From Verrucomicrobiota bacterium (GTDB lineage: Bacteria > Verrucomicrobiota > Lentisphaeria > Lentisphaerales > Lentisphaeraceae), in the NCBI GenBank assembly GCA_039798785.1, contig JBDKFG010000003.1:47373-111372 (forward strand): 64,000 nucleotides of DNA. Reading direction: 5' to 3'. Position numbers and translations under genes: made by a program. Position 1 is the stretch's first letter. Each line of letters opens with the position of its first letter. The notes below the pieces were generated by a model, which saw only the letters and a program-made list of their open reading frames with translations, searched no databases and was not told the DNA's origin. This document shows positions 40,446-52,290 of this stretch, in pieces.

Positions 40446-42375
40446 GGCGGAGGCTCCGGTCGGCGACGAAAATCTCGGCGAGGCCGAGGAGAAGAAGCAG
40501 GACGCCGAAGATCATCGCCGGCAGCTCCGGCGGCAGACCGAGGGAGTCGAGCCGTCCCAGAGGAACCTGCTCCCCGCCGGGCAGCTTGTCCGGGAGCGGT
40601 GCCGCATAATGGGCGGGACTCCGCTCAAGGACGCAGGCGAAGACCGGCATGGCGCTCCAATCGCTGTTGTAGAAGCCAGGCATCGAGGTCGAAGTGGCGA
40701 GGCGCCCCTCCGGCAACTCCCGCGGCTCCTCGGTGCTGCCGTCGGGCCCGCGGATCTTGCACGGCGGCGCGGCGGGAAGAAGCACTCCTTCGCCGCAGCG
40801 ATGCCAGGCCTCGCGACGCGCGGGCGGCGCGGCTTCGGCGAAGATCGCCACCAGCAAAGGGCCGAGGAAGTCGCAGCCGAGAAGCGCCTCGCCGCGCGGC
40901 GAACTGGCATCCAGACCAAGGAACCAGGTGTCGCGACTGCATCTTCCGACGACAGCTCCCTCGGGGGCGCCGAGAAGGGGACGTCCGCCGCCCTTGAACA
41001 GGAGGCAGCCGGAGAAGCGACCCTCCTCGAATTCGCGCTTGAACTGCTGCCGGAGACTCCGTCCACGCTCCCAGGACTCGTCGGGCCGGAGCTCGATGGC
41101 CTCGCCTGCTGCCGTCGGCGTCTCGCCGATGAGCGGCGCGAGCCTTTCGAGACGCGCCGAGGCATCGGGCCAGATCAGAAGCTGGCCGCCGTTGTGGGCG
41201 AAGGCGGCAAGTCGCTCGAGAGCGGCGGAACCGAGATCGAGGCTGCCGCACAGGACCACGCCTCCAGCCGTCTTCAGAGGCTGTTCGAGAGAGTCGTACG
41301 AGCGCCGGCTCAGTCGCCATCCCCGCGATATCGCCCCGGCCGGACTCAAGGCCGCATTCAAGAGAGCGCTGTTGTCGAGCTCGGTGCCGGCGGCATCGGT
41401 GTAAATCGTCAGCTCCACCGGTTCCGCCGCCACCAGGGCCAGTGGCCAGGCGTCGTCGGCGCCGAGCAGGTCGCCCGGCTCAAGCACGACCTCGAGGCGC
41501 CTCGCCGCCTGGCGGGAGGGGGTGACTACGAAGACCGCATCAGGAGCCTCCCGGGAGACGGTGGCGCTGTCGATCTCCTGGCCGTCCTCGCGGAGCATCA
41601 CCCGCAGGCCGCCCGGTGGCAGGTCGCCGGCGATGCGGGCAACGATTTCGCAAGGAATGTCGGCGAGCATGTCCGGGTTGCGGCGGAGCTTGAGGCCTGC
41701 GACCGCGGCATTGCCGCGGCGCTCCGGCAGCTTATGCCATTCGAGGCTGAGACCGGGCGGGGGCTGGAGGGAGGCGGCGCCGGCGGGCCATGCGCCAGGG
41801 TTGAGGTCGCTGAGGATGACCAGCCGCTTCGGCAGTTTGGTATCGAGGGTGGCAAGGGCGGTGGCGGCCCGGCGTGCCAGGCTGCCGAGGTCGAGGGCGC
41901 GGGTTTCCGTCGTCAGGGATTTGACACGGTCCTGGGCTCCCTGGATCATCGGAGTGAAGCTGCAATCCTCCTGGGCGTCAACCACCGCCACCAAGGAGCC
42001 GGACGGGAGCGAGCCAAGGAGGTCCAGCGCCTTCTGGCGAGCCCATTCGATCTGGGGCTTGCCGTCGACTGCCTGGGCGGCGTAGAAGGAGTTGTCGATG
42101 ACGACGGCGAGCGCCGCGGCCTGGCCGGAGCCGCGGGTGTCGAGCTTGGGCCGGGCGAGGAGGAGGGCAAGGCAAATGATGGTGGCCATGCGGATCAGCA
42201 GCAGCAGGATCTGGTCCATGCGGCGGCTGCGCGAGCTGGTGGCCGCGGCGCGCAGCAGGAATTCAAAGGTCGGCAGGCTCACCGGCTTGGGCTTTTCGCG
42301 GCGCAGGAGGTGAAGGAGCAGCGGCAGTGCCGCACCCAATCCTCCTAGAAGCAACATCAAATTGGCAAATCCCAA
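40432..42375 (-). CDS. BatA-type N-terminal domain + VWA membrane protein
   Basis: MGFANL...LPLLLHLL...FLL...LLLLIR...LARP aerotolerance N-terminus, VVIDNS, VILSD and a C-terminal TM. TTG start after GGAGG. Confidence 0.78.
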   Translation of the reverse strand: MGFANLMLLLGGLGAALPLLLHLLRREKPKPVSLPTFEFLLRAAATSSRSRRMDQILLLLIRMATIICLALLLARPKLDTRGSGQAAALAVVIDNSFYAAQAVDGKPQIEWARQKALDLLGSLPSGSLVAVVDAQEDCSFTPMIQGAQDRVKSLTTETRALDLGSLARRAATALATLDTKLPKRLVILSDLNPGAWPAGAASLQPPPGLSLEWHKLPERRGNAAVAGLKLRRNPDMLADIPCEIVARIAGDLPPGGLRVMLREDGQEIDSATVSREAPDAVFVVTPSRQAARRLEVVLEPGDLLGADDAWPLALVAAEPVELTIYTDAAGTELDNSALLNAALSPAGAISRGWRLSRRSYDSLEQPLKTAGGVVLCGSLDLGSAALERLAAFAHNGGQLLIWPDASARLERLAPLIGETPTAAGEAIELRPDESWERGRSLRQQFKREFEEGRFSGCLLFKGGGRPLLGAPEGAVVGRCSRDTWFLGLDASSPRGEALLGCDFLGPLLVAIFAEAAPPARREAWHRCGEGVLLPAAPPCKIRGPDGSTEEPRELPEGRLATSTSMPGFYNSDWSAMPVFACVLERSPAHYAAPLPDKLPGGEQVPLGRLDSLGLPPELPAMIFGVLLLLLGLAEIFVADRSLRHARV

Positions 42376-42477
42376 GTCCTTCCTCCCGCCTTTGCGGCAT
42401 CCGCGAAGCTAGCGCCGCCGCAGCGACGCGCTACGGATCGCGCTTGAATTATCCCCAATTCCCGGGCAAAGCGGCGA

Positions 42478-43770
<1,293 letters not shown>

Positions 43771-43773
43771 GGT

Positions 43774-45561
43774 TTATCTTCCTTCGTTTTCGAGCTGCTT
43801 GCGGGCCTCCGCCAGGGCGGCGAAGGCGAGGAAATCGGGGCCGGCTGCTTCGGCGGCGCTGGGGTAAGGGGTTCCGTGGCGGAGGAGGAGCTGGGCGCGG
43901 AGGAGCCTGGCGTCCTGGGAATCGCCGCAGCTGACGCGATGGAGGGCCGCGAGCTGTTTCGGGGTGACCTGGCTCCAGGCGAAGTTGCCGCCGCCGACGG
44001 CGGTGGAGTAGCGGATGCCGAGAGGGCTGATCGCCTCGGCCGACCCGGGAGTCGAGATGATGGCGGCGAGGAGGGCTTCCTGGAGGCTGGCGGCATCGGC
44101 CTTTTTGGCCCAGGCGAAGATTTCGCCCCACAGCTTCAACTCGGCCTCGGCGAGCTGCTGGTGGAGACTGATGAGGGTCTTGCCGGCTTCGCTGTGGAAG
44201 GGCGCCTCGTGGACCAGGGCCTCGAGCCGCTGCTTCAAGTCACGCTGCGGATCCTTGAGAGGCTGGCGCAGGGCTTCTTCGATGCGCTGGAAGCGGCTCC
44301 ACTCGGCGCGCGCCATTTCCTGAATCTCGGTGCGTCTCTTGGCGGCGGCGGTCTCGAAGGCCAGGCGTTCATCGACCATCTCCTTCGACAGCCTCATCGC
44401 TTCGTTCCACTCCTGCCCCGGGGGATACCGGGCGATGAGATCGTCGAGCACGGCCTTGGCTCGCGGGAAATCGGCGCGGCCGCGCGCCTCCCTGAGGATC
44501 AAAAGGGACCGCTGGAAATCGTCGGCGAGGAGCTTCCGCAAGGATTTCTCAGCATCCTCGGCGAGGCGGGCGTCCTGGGCGGCGAACGCCCCGAGGCGGG
44601 CCTGGGCTCCACGGAAATCGCCAAGCTCGCCGCTGCGGAGGATTTCGGCGGCGAGGCGTTTGTCGGCGGCGCGGGCGCCTTGGCTGGCCGCCTCGGCCTC
44701 GGCGCTGAGGCCACCGGCATCCTGGCGACCCTGCCAGGCGAGTCCTGCCAAGCCTTCCCAGGCCGCTTCCGCCTCGCCGCTCTTCCAATACAGCGCGAGG
44801 ATGAAGAGAAGGGCGGCTATCAGCGCAGGAAGGAGGGTGCGTGAAGCACGCCGCTCAGCCGCATCAAGCCGCATCGGGCGCAGATCGGCACTGGGGTCGG
44901 GGAGGCAGCGGCGGACAAAATCGGCGCATTCAAGCGGCAGTGATGCCGGGATCCTGGCCAGCGGCGGGCGGGGATCGCCGGCAAGGAGGCGGAGAGCGAT
45001 GCGATTGCGCATCTCGAGGATCTGCTGCGGCAAGGCACGAGAAGTCTCCTGCGGCAGGTAGGGCCAGAGTTCCTGGGTCAGCTTTTGGGGATCAAGCCAG
45101 GCGCCGCATCGGGGCGAGTCGAGATAGAGGCTGCCGTCGTGGCCGAGGAGGAGATTGGGCAGCAACGCGGCGGCTGAAGGAGTGTTGAGGCTGGGGCTGG
45201 AGGCGGCGAGCTTCTCCAGGGCTCCGAGAAAGAGCAGGCTGATCTCGGGAGGCGGCAGAGGCGGGCGGGCGAGTACCTCGCAGAGCGGAGCGGCATCGAT
45301 GCAGGGGCGCCAGAACTGCCAGCAGACGCGATCCTGGAAGATCTTCTGCGGCAGACGCCAGGGGATGCCCGAGGGGGGCGCTTTCGCCAGCTCGTGGAGA
45401 AACTGGGCATGAGCCTCCGCGGCGGGACCGAGCACGACCTCCTCGATCTCCCAGGTGCCGCCGGCAATGTCGCGACCAAGGAAAATCCGCCAGCCCTCGC
45501 CGCGGCGAAGCTCGCGGAGGACTTGGACCGGAGACGCCGATGTGGGAAGGGACTCGGGCAT
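43774..45561 (-). CDS. Membrane protein with a degenerate Hanks-type kinase-like N-terminal domain (pseudokinase)
   Basis: Kinase-like scaffold segments occur in the right order but lack the VAIK Lys, HRD and DFG. A central TM (LLPALIAALLFILALYW) precedes a helical C-terminal region. Start is uncertain (45561 or 45642). Confidence 0.6.
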   Translation of the reverse strand: MPESLPTSASPVQVLRELRRGEGWRIFLGRDIAGGTWEIEEVVLGPAAEAHAQFLHELAKAPPSGIPWRLPQKIFQDRVCWQFWRPCIDAAPLCEVLARPPLPPPEISLLFLGALEKLAASSPSLNTPSAAALLPNLLLGHDGSLYLDSPRCGAWLDPQKLTQELWPYLPQETSRALPQQILEMRNRIALRLLAGDPRPPLARIPASLPLECADFVRRCLPDPSADLRPMRLDAAERRASRTLLPALIAALLFILALYWKSGEAEAAWEGLAGLAWQGRQDAGGLSAEAEAASQGARAADKRLAAEILRSGELGDFRGAQARLGAFAAQDARLAEDAEKSLRKLLADDFQRSLLILREARGRADFPRAKAVLDDLIARYPPGQEWNEAMRLSKEMVDERLAFETAAAKRRTEIQEMARAEWSRFQRIEEALRQPLKDPQRDLKQRLEALVHEAPFHSEAGKTLISLHQQLAEAELKLWGEIFAWAKKADAASLQEALLAAIISTPGSAEAISPLGIRYSTAVGGGNFAWSQVTPKQLAALHRVSCGDSQDARLLRAQLLLRHGTPYPSAAEAAGPDFLAFAALAEARKQLENEGR

Positions 45562-45662
45562 GGAGGAGGAATCGGGTTGAGAGTTTGGGCTATCGAAGAG
45601 AACACCAAAGATCGTTTCGATCCGACTGACTTGACCGCTCAAGGTGCCGAGCGGCCTATCGC

Positions 45663-47174
45663 TCAGCTAAGAAAGATATTGTAGGCGGGATTGTCGCTCT
45701 CGTCGTGCCAGGGATAGCCGACTTCATCGAGGCAGGCCTTAAGTTCGGCAAGACGCGATTGCGGGCATTGGATGCCGAGGAGGACGCGCCCGAAGGCGGC
45801 GGCGTGATTGCGGTAATGGAAAAGCGAGATGTTCCACTGCTCGCCGAGGCGGCTGAGGAACTTGTGGAGGGCGCCGGGGCGTTCGGGGAATTCAACCCGG
45901 AAGAGGCGTTCGTCGCGGGTGTCGGGGCAGTGGCCTCCGACCATGTAGCGGATGTGCAGCTTGGCCATCTCGTTGTCGGTCAGGTCGAGGACCGGACCGC
46001 CGAGGCTCTCGAGACGCTTCAAGAGATCGTGGCGCTCCTCCGGCCCGCGCTTCAATTCGATGCCAACGAAGAGGTGCGCAGCCTCCTGGGTGTTCATCCG
46101 GTAGTTGAACTCGGTGATGTTGCAGCCGCCGAGCTGGTTGCAGAAGGCGAGGAAGCTGCCCGGACGCTCCGGTATGGTGACGGCGAAAAGCCCCTCGCGG
46201 TGGGCGCCCAGTTCGGTCCGCTCCGAGATGTGGCGGAGGCGGCCGAAGCTGACGTTCGCTCCCGAGGAGACGCAGGCGAGCTTCTTGCCGCTCCAGCCCT
46301 TGGCGGCGGCATGCTTCTTCAGACCGGCGAGCGACACCGCGCCGGCAGGCTCGGAAATCAGGCGGAGATCTTCAAACATGTCCTTGATCGCGGCGCAGAT
46401 CTCGTCGGTGCTGACGGTGATGCATTCGTCGACCGTGTGCCTGAGAATCTCCCAGGTCTGCTCGCCGACGAGGGCGACGGCAACGCCGTCGGCAAAGATG
46501 CCGACCTCGGGGAGTCTCACCCTTTCGCCGCGCTCGAAAGCGGCCTTGAAGCAGGCGCTGTCCTCGGCTTCGACGGCGATGATCCGTGTCTCCGGGTGCA
46601 GAGCCTTCCAGTAAGCAGCGACCCCGGCGGCCAGTCCGCCGCCGCCCACCGGCAGATAGATGGCGTCGACCGGGCCGGTCTGACGCATGATCTCCATGCC
46701 GATGGTGCCCTGGCCGGCGATGACGTCGAGGTCGTCATAGGGATGGATGAAGGTCAGTCCGTGCTCCTTCTGCAGCTGCAGGGCATGGGCGCAGGCCTGG
46801 TCGAAGGTGTCGCCGAAAAGCACCACTTCGGCGCCGTGGTTGCGGACCGAATTGACCTTGATTTCGGGAGTGGTGGTGGGCATGACGATGACGGCGCGGA
46901 CTTTCAGGTGCCGGGCGGAAAGGGCGACACCCTGGGCATGGTTGCCAGCGCTGGCGCAGATGACGCCGCGGGCGAGAGCCTCGGCGCTCAGGCAACGCAT
47001 CTTGTTGGCGGCGCCTCTGAGCTTGAAGGAGAAGACCGGCTGCATGTCCTCGCGCTTCACCAGCACTTCGTTGCCGAGGCGGCGGCTGAGAAGCGGTGCG
47101 GTCTGGAGAGGAGTTTCGATCGCCAGGTCGTAGACCCGGGCGGTGAGTATGCGCTTGAGCATCTTGTCCAACAT
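45663..47174 (-). CDS. ilvA: Threonine ammonia-lyase, biosynthetic
   Basis: KREDMQPVFSFKLRGA, SAGNHAQG, GGGGL, SGAN and two regulatory repeats (PERPG). Confidence 0.95.
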   Translation of the reverse strand: MLDKMLKRILTARVYDLAIETPLQTAPLLSRRLGNEVLVKREDMQPVFSFKLRGAANKMRCLSAEALARGVICASAGNHAQGVALSARHLKVRAVIVMPTTTPEIKVNSVRNHGAEVVLFGDTFDQACAHALQLQKEHGLTFIHPYDDLDVIAGQGTIGMEIMRQTGPVDAIYLPVGGGGLAAGVAAYWKALHPETRIIAVEAEDSACFKAAFERGERVRLPEVGIFADGVAVALVGEQTWEILRHTVDECITVSTDEICAAIKDMFEDLRLISEPAGAVSLAGLKKHAAAKGWSGKKLACVSSGANVSFGRLRHISERTELGAHREGLFAVTIPERPGSFLAFCNQLGGCNITEFNYRMNTQEAAHLFVGIELKRGPEERHDLLKRLESLGGPVLDLTDNEMAKLHIRYMVGGHCPDTRDERLFRVEFPERPGALHKFLSRLGEQWNISLFHYRNHAAAFGRVLLGIQCPQSRLAELKACLDEVGYPWHDESDNPAYNIFLS

Positions 47175-47303
47175 GAGCTGTCTCCTGAAAGTTTCGGCCG
47201 GCAATATACTTGCGTTCGCCGCGAATGGTGCGGTGATGACGCGACAGGGCGACAGCAGAACGCCGCCGTGGGAGGCGGCGGCGTCCGGCGATCCGGGAAA
47301 GCT

Positions 47304-48641
47304 TCAGCGGCGGGGGCGGGGGTGCCCCTGCGGGCCATGGCTGGAGGAGCTCGAGGACGAGCCGCCGGAGCGGCCTTGGGGGCCGCGGGAAGGGCCGGAG
47401 CCGCCGCGAGCGCCTTGGCCGGGACGGGGCCCGCGACGGACAAAGCGGCCGCCAGGGCGTTCGTCGTCGTCGCGATCGTCGGGATCGGGCTGGCTGGGCT
47501 TGGGCGGGGCGCTGAAGCCCTTGGGGATCTCGCTGACCGGAATCTTCTGGCGGGTCAGACGCTCGATGTCGCGCAGATAAGCGACTTCGTCACCTGCGAC
47601 GAGCGAGATCGCTTCACCTTCGGAGCCGGCGCGGCCGGTGCGGCCGATGCGGTGGACGTAATCCTCCGGGACGTTGGGGAGCTCGAAGTTGACCACGTGG
47701 GGCAGTTGCGAGATGTCGATGCCGCGGGCGGCGATGTCGGTGGCGACGAGGACGCGGACATCGAGGCTCTTGAATTCGGCGAGGGCTCGGGTGCGGGCGC
47801 TCTGGCTCTTGTTGCCGTGGATGGCGGCGGAGTTGATGCCGCTTTTGCTGAGTCGTTCGGCGAGGCGGTTGGCGCCGTGTTTGGTGCGGGTGAAGACGAG
47901 AACCTGGTTCCACTCGCCTTCCTCGATGAGGTGGGTGAGAAGAGCGGGTTTCTCGTGCTTCTCGGCGCGGTAGATGCGTTGCGCGACGCGCTCCGAGGTG
48001 GCGTTGGGCGGGGCGACGTCGACGCTGGCGGGGTTGTTGAGGAAGCCGGCGGCGAGTTCGCGGATCTCTTTCGAGAAGGTGGCCGAGAAGAGCAGGTTCT
48101 GGCGCTTCTGGGGGAGGTAGCGCATGACCTTGCGGATATCGTGGATGAAGCCCATGTCGAGCATGCGGTCGGCTTCGTCGAGGATGAAGAAGTCGACGTA
48201 GTCGAGGGAGCAGGCTTTCTGGCTGAGGAGGTCGAGGAGGCGTCCGGGTGTGGCGACGAGGATGTCGACGCCCGAGCGCAGAAGCGTGAGCTGGGGGTTG
48301 ATCCCGACGCCGCCGAAGACGACTGCGGTTTTGAAGGGCAGGTGGACGCCGTAGGTGTTGACCGATTCGGCGACCTGGGCGGCGAGTTCACGGGTGGGGG
48401 TGAGGATCAGGGCTCTGACCTGGCGTTTGCCGCCGAGAGGCTTGAGCTGGGTCAGCTTCTGCAGCAGCGGCAGAGTGAAGCCGGCGGTCTTGCCGGTGCC
48501 GGTCTGGGCGGCGGCGAAGAGGTCGCGGCCTTCGAGGATGACCGGGATGGCCTTGGCCTGGATCGGGGTGGGAGTGGTGTATCCCTTGTCGGTGAGAGCG
48601 CGGAGGATCGGCTCGGAGAGTTGAAGATCTTTGAATTCCAT
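47304..48641 (-). CDS. rhlE: DEAD-box RNA helicase RhlE-like
   Basis: Q motif, [36 protein letters not shown] and a Gly/Arg/Ser-rich tail. Confidence 0.9.
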   Translation of the reverse strand: MEFKDLQLSEPILRALTDKGYTTPTPIQAKAIPVILEGRDLFAAAQTGTGKTAGFTLPLLQKLTQLKPLGGKRQVRALILTPTRELAAQVAESVNTYGVHLPFKTAVVFGGVGINPQLTLLRSGVDILVATPGRLLDLLSQKACSLDYVDFFILDEADRMLDMGFIHDIRKVMRYLPQKRQNLLFSATFSKEIRELAAGFLNNPASVDVAPPNATSERVAQRIYRAEKHEKPALLTHLIEEGEWNQVLVFTRTKHGANRLAERLSKSGINSAAIHGNKSQSARTRALAEFKSLDVRVLVATDIAARGIDISQLPHVVNFELPNVPEDYVHRIGRTGRAGSEGEAISLVAGDEVAYLRDIERLTRQKIPVSEIPKGFSAPPKPSQPDPDDRDDDERPGGRFVRRGPRPGQGARGGSGPSRGPQGRSGGSSSSSSSHGPQGHPRPRR

Positions 48642-48662
48642 GATGGTCCTTGAAGGTGTCTG

Positions 48663-48700
48663 AAAAAAACGCGGCCCGGCGAAAAGCGCCGGGCGGCGTT
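48663..48700 (-). terminator. Terminator-like hairpin + U7 in the rhlE leader (putative attenuator)
   Basis: The minus strand reads AACGCC-GCCCGGCG-CTTTT-CGCCGGGC-CGCG-TTTTTTT, ending about 22 nt before the rhlE ATG. Confidence 0.65.
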
Positions 48701-48864
48701 GTGCGGGTCCCCGAACTTAGCGCCGCAAGTGAAACTCGCTCAGCGCTTCGCGGCGAATCTTCCGAGCCTTCCCAGGTGCCGCTGATTTCTCCTTGTCACT
48801 TCACTTGCCAGAGCCGCTTCAAGGCCGCATAGTCATGAGATTTCACGCAGCCAAGGAGTCCGAC

Positions 48865-50838
48865 ATGTCCGTTCCCGACACCAAGTTCATCCTGATCCAG
48901 AACGTCCGCCCGAGCATCGACGGCGGCCTCCACCCGGTGAAGCGCCGCGTCGGCGAGCGCCTGATGATCAGCGCCGAAGTGATCAAGCACGGACACGACG
49001 AGATCCGCGCCGCGGTCCAGTTCCGCAAGGCCGGCCAGCGGAAGTGGCATGAACAGCCGATGAGCTGCGTCAACGCCGGTCTCGATCTGTGGGAAACCTC
49101 GATCTCGCTCGACGAGATCGGCATCCACGAATTCGCCATCGTCGGCTGGACCGACCATTACGCCAACTGGGCGAAAGACACCCGCAAGAAACTCAACGTC
49201 AACGAAAACGTCGATTCCGACCTGCTCGCCGGCATCCAGTTCATGGAGCTTTGCGCCGAGCGCGCCGCCAAGGCCGGCAACAAGGGCGCCGCCGCCCACC
49301 TCCACCAGCTCGCCGCCCAGGCCGCCCAGGCCGACAACCGCGACACCAAGGTTCACTTCCTGATGAACTCGGAAAGCATCGCCGCCGCCGCCCTCTGGCC
49401 CGACCGCGAGGGCTACGAGACCGGACGCTCCGAAACCTTCAAGATCCATGTCGACCGCAAGCGCGCCGAATTCGCCGCCTGGTACGAAGTCTTCCCGCGT
49501 TCCTGCGGCACCGAGCCGGGCAAATCCGGCACCTTCAAGGACGTCGAGAAGATGCTGCCCTACATCGCCGGCATGGGCTTCGACACCCTCTACTTCACCC
49601 CGATCCACCCCATCGGCCTGAGCAAGCGCAAGGGCCGCAACAACTCGCTCAACGCCCAACCCGGCGAACCGGGCTCCCCCTACGCCGTCGGCAACATCCA
49701 CGAGCGCCATGAAAACGGCGGCGGCCACTTCGACGTCCACCACGAGCTCGGCACCCTCGCAGACTTCGACCGCCTCGTCGCCGCCTGCGCGGACAAGGGC
49801 CTCGAGATCGCCCTCGACATCGCCCTCAACTGCTCCCCCGACCACCCCTACCTCAAGGCCCATCCGGACTGGTTCTACCGCCGTCCCGACGGCTCGATCA
49901 AGTACGCCGAGAACCCGCCGAAGAAGTACGAGGACATCTATCCCCTCAACTTCGAGTGCGCCGACCGCGCCAATCTCTGGCGGGAGATCTGCAACATGTT
50001 CCTCTTCTGGGCCCGCCGCGGCGTCCGCGCCTTCCGGGTCGACAACCCGCACACCAAGCCCATCGTCTTCTGGCAGTGGTGCATCGCCGAGGTCCACAAG
50101 GAGTTCCCCGATGTCGTCTTCCTCTCCGAAGCCTTCACCCGGCCGCGCCTCCTCGAGTCCCTCGCAAAGATCGGCTTCTCCCAGTCCTACGGCTACTTCA
50201 CCTGGCGCGAATCGAAGGCCGAACTCACCGAGTACTTCGAGTACCTGAACCAGTCGGAAGTCGCCGAATACATGATCTGCAACGTCTTCCCGACCACTCC
50301 CGACATCCTCCCAAAACACCTCCAGCACGCTTCGCTGGAGATGTTCAAGATCCGCTTCACCCTCGCCGCCCTGCTCTCTCCATGCTACGGCTTCTACACC
50401 GGCTATGAACACGGCGAGAACATCCCGGTCGGCCCCCGCGATGAACTGATGGATTCGGAGAAGTACGAATTCAAAGTCCGCGACTACTCGAATCCGCCCC
50501 TCAGCCCCTACGTCTCCAAGATCAATCAGATCCGCCGCGAAAACCCTTCGTTGCAACAAATCCGCAACCTCCATTTCCACGAAATCAACAACGAACGCCT
50601 CCTCTTCTTCTCGAAGCGGGTGCAGGGCAACACCCTGCTGATCTTCGTCAACCTCGATCCCGCCAACAAACAGGCCGGCCTCTGCCGCGTCCCGATGCGC
50701 GAGCTCGGCCTCAGCACCGGCCACTCCTACAAGCTGCACGACCTGCTCACCGACAAGGTCTATGAATGGCAGGGCGAGCACAACTTCGTCGAGCTCCGCC
50801 CTGGCGAACAGTGCGCCCACATCTTCCGGGTCTTCTGA
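48865..50838 (+). CDS. glgE: Alpha-1,4-glucan:maltose-1-phosphate maltosyltransferase
   Basis: ATG 48865 follows AAGGAG. Motifs WYEVFPRS, PIHPIG, CSPDHP, YAENPPKKYEDIYP, FRVDNPHTKP and SEAFTRP. Confidence 0.95.
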   Translation: MSVPDTKFILIQNVRPSIDGGLHPVKRRVGERLMISAEVIKHGHDEIRAAVQFRKAGQRKWHEQPMSCVNAGLDLWETSISLDEIGIHEFAIVGWTDHYANWAKDTRKKLNVNENVDSDLLAGIQFMELCAERAAKAGNKGAAAHLHQLAAQAAQADNRDTKVHFLMNSESIAAAALWPDREGYETGRSETFKIHVDRKRAEFAAWYEVFPRSCGTEPGKSGTFKDVEKMLPYIAGMGFDTLYFTPIHPIGLSKRKGRNNSLNAQPGEPGSPYAVGNIHERHENGGGHFDVHHELGTLADFDRLVAACADKGLEIALDIALNCSPDHPYLKAHPDWFYRRPDGSIKYAENPPKKYEDIYPLNFECADRANLWREICNMFLFWARRGVRAFRVDNPHTKPIVFWQWCIAEVHKEFPDVVFLSEAFTRPRLLESLAKIGFSQSYGYFTWRESKAELTEYFEYLNQSEVAEYMICNVFPTTPDILPKHLQHASLEMFKIRFTLAALLSPCYGFYTGYEHGENIPVGPRDELMDSEKYEFKVRDYSNPPLSPYVSKINQIRRENPSLQQIRNLHFHEINNERLLFFSKRVQGNTLLIFVNLDPANKQAGLCRVPMRELGLSTGHSYKLHDLLTDKVYEWQGEHNFVELRPGEQCAHIFRVF

Positions 50839-50846
50839 GGCCGGAA

Positions 50847-51030
50847 CCAGGGAGTGAGGGGAGTGAGGGAGTGAGTAAAGCAGAGCTCATAAGAGTTCAC
50901 TCCCCAACTCCCTAGCCGGGAGATTAGAATCCCGAGTGATGCAGCTCGAAAAATTGCGAGCCAGGGAGTGAGGGACTAAAGAGCGCACAAGAGTTCACTC
51001 CCCAACTCCCTCGTCCCCTCACTCCCTGAG
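50847..51030. repeat. Intergenic composite repeat (GGGAGTGA / TCACTCCC units), two copies, REP/MITE-like
   Basis: Exact 23-mer AAGAGTTCACTCCCCAACTCCCT at 50891 and 50989. Exact CCAGGGAGTGAGGG at 50847 and 50961. Perfect 15-bp inverted repeat at 50848-50862 and 51014-51028. Confidence 0.8.
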
Positions 51031-51036
51031 TTGTTT

Positions 51037-51861
<825 letters not shown>

Positions 51862-52290
51862 CGGCTGCCTCCTGGGTTCAAGTGAATGAACATCAAAATG
51901 ATGCACATCCTCAGAGCCGCTCCCCCCCGCCTAACCACTATGACTCAAAAACCTAATCGCCTCAGCAGCGCAATATCACGGGGATGAAACGTCCGGAAAC
52001 GAGAATCACCCGCCATTCATCCAGACATCGGCACCCGCCAGCCGCCGGTGAATTCAGGTGAAACCTTCTCCATGACAACTAAGAAATCCATCTTCACTTC
52101 GCTTCATTCCTTCCCTGCTTGACCTCACTCTTAAAAAGTCGCCCTGGTGAGCTCACAGTGTACAGCCCCGGGGAATTGCCGGTTTTCATCTCCCTCGCCT
52201 CGTCAGCTTAGACAGAGCGGATTATATTCGGCGCCTCAAACCGCTACACCCGCGGGCTGCTTTCTCCAATCCGTCTCTGAGGATCCGTCC

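Noticed and set aside
50847..51030. Possible mini CRISPR array (23-bp exact repeat twice)
   Set aside because: There are only two copies, the 75-bp interval itself contains repeat sequence, and no cas genes are present.
51910..52290. Cyclic-di-GMP or other riboswitch upstream of the adhesin
   Set aside because: I could not find the GEMM or other aptamer consensus by eye. An Rfam scan would be needed to exclude it fully.
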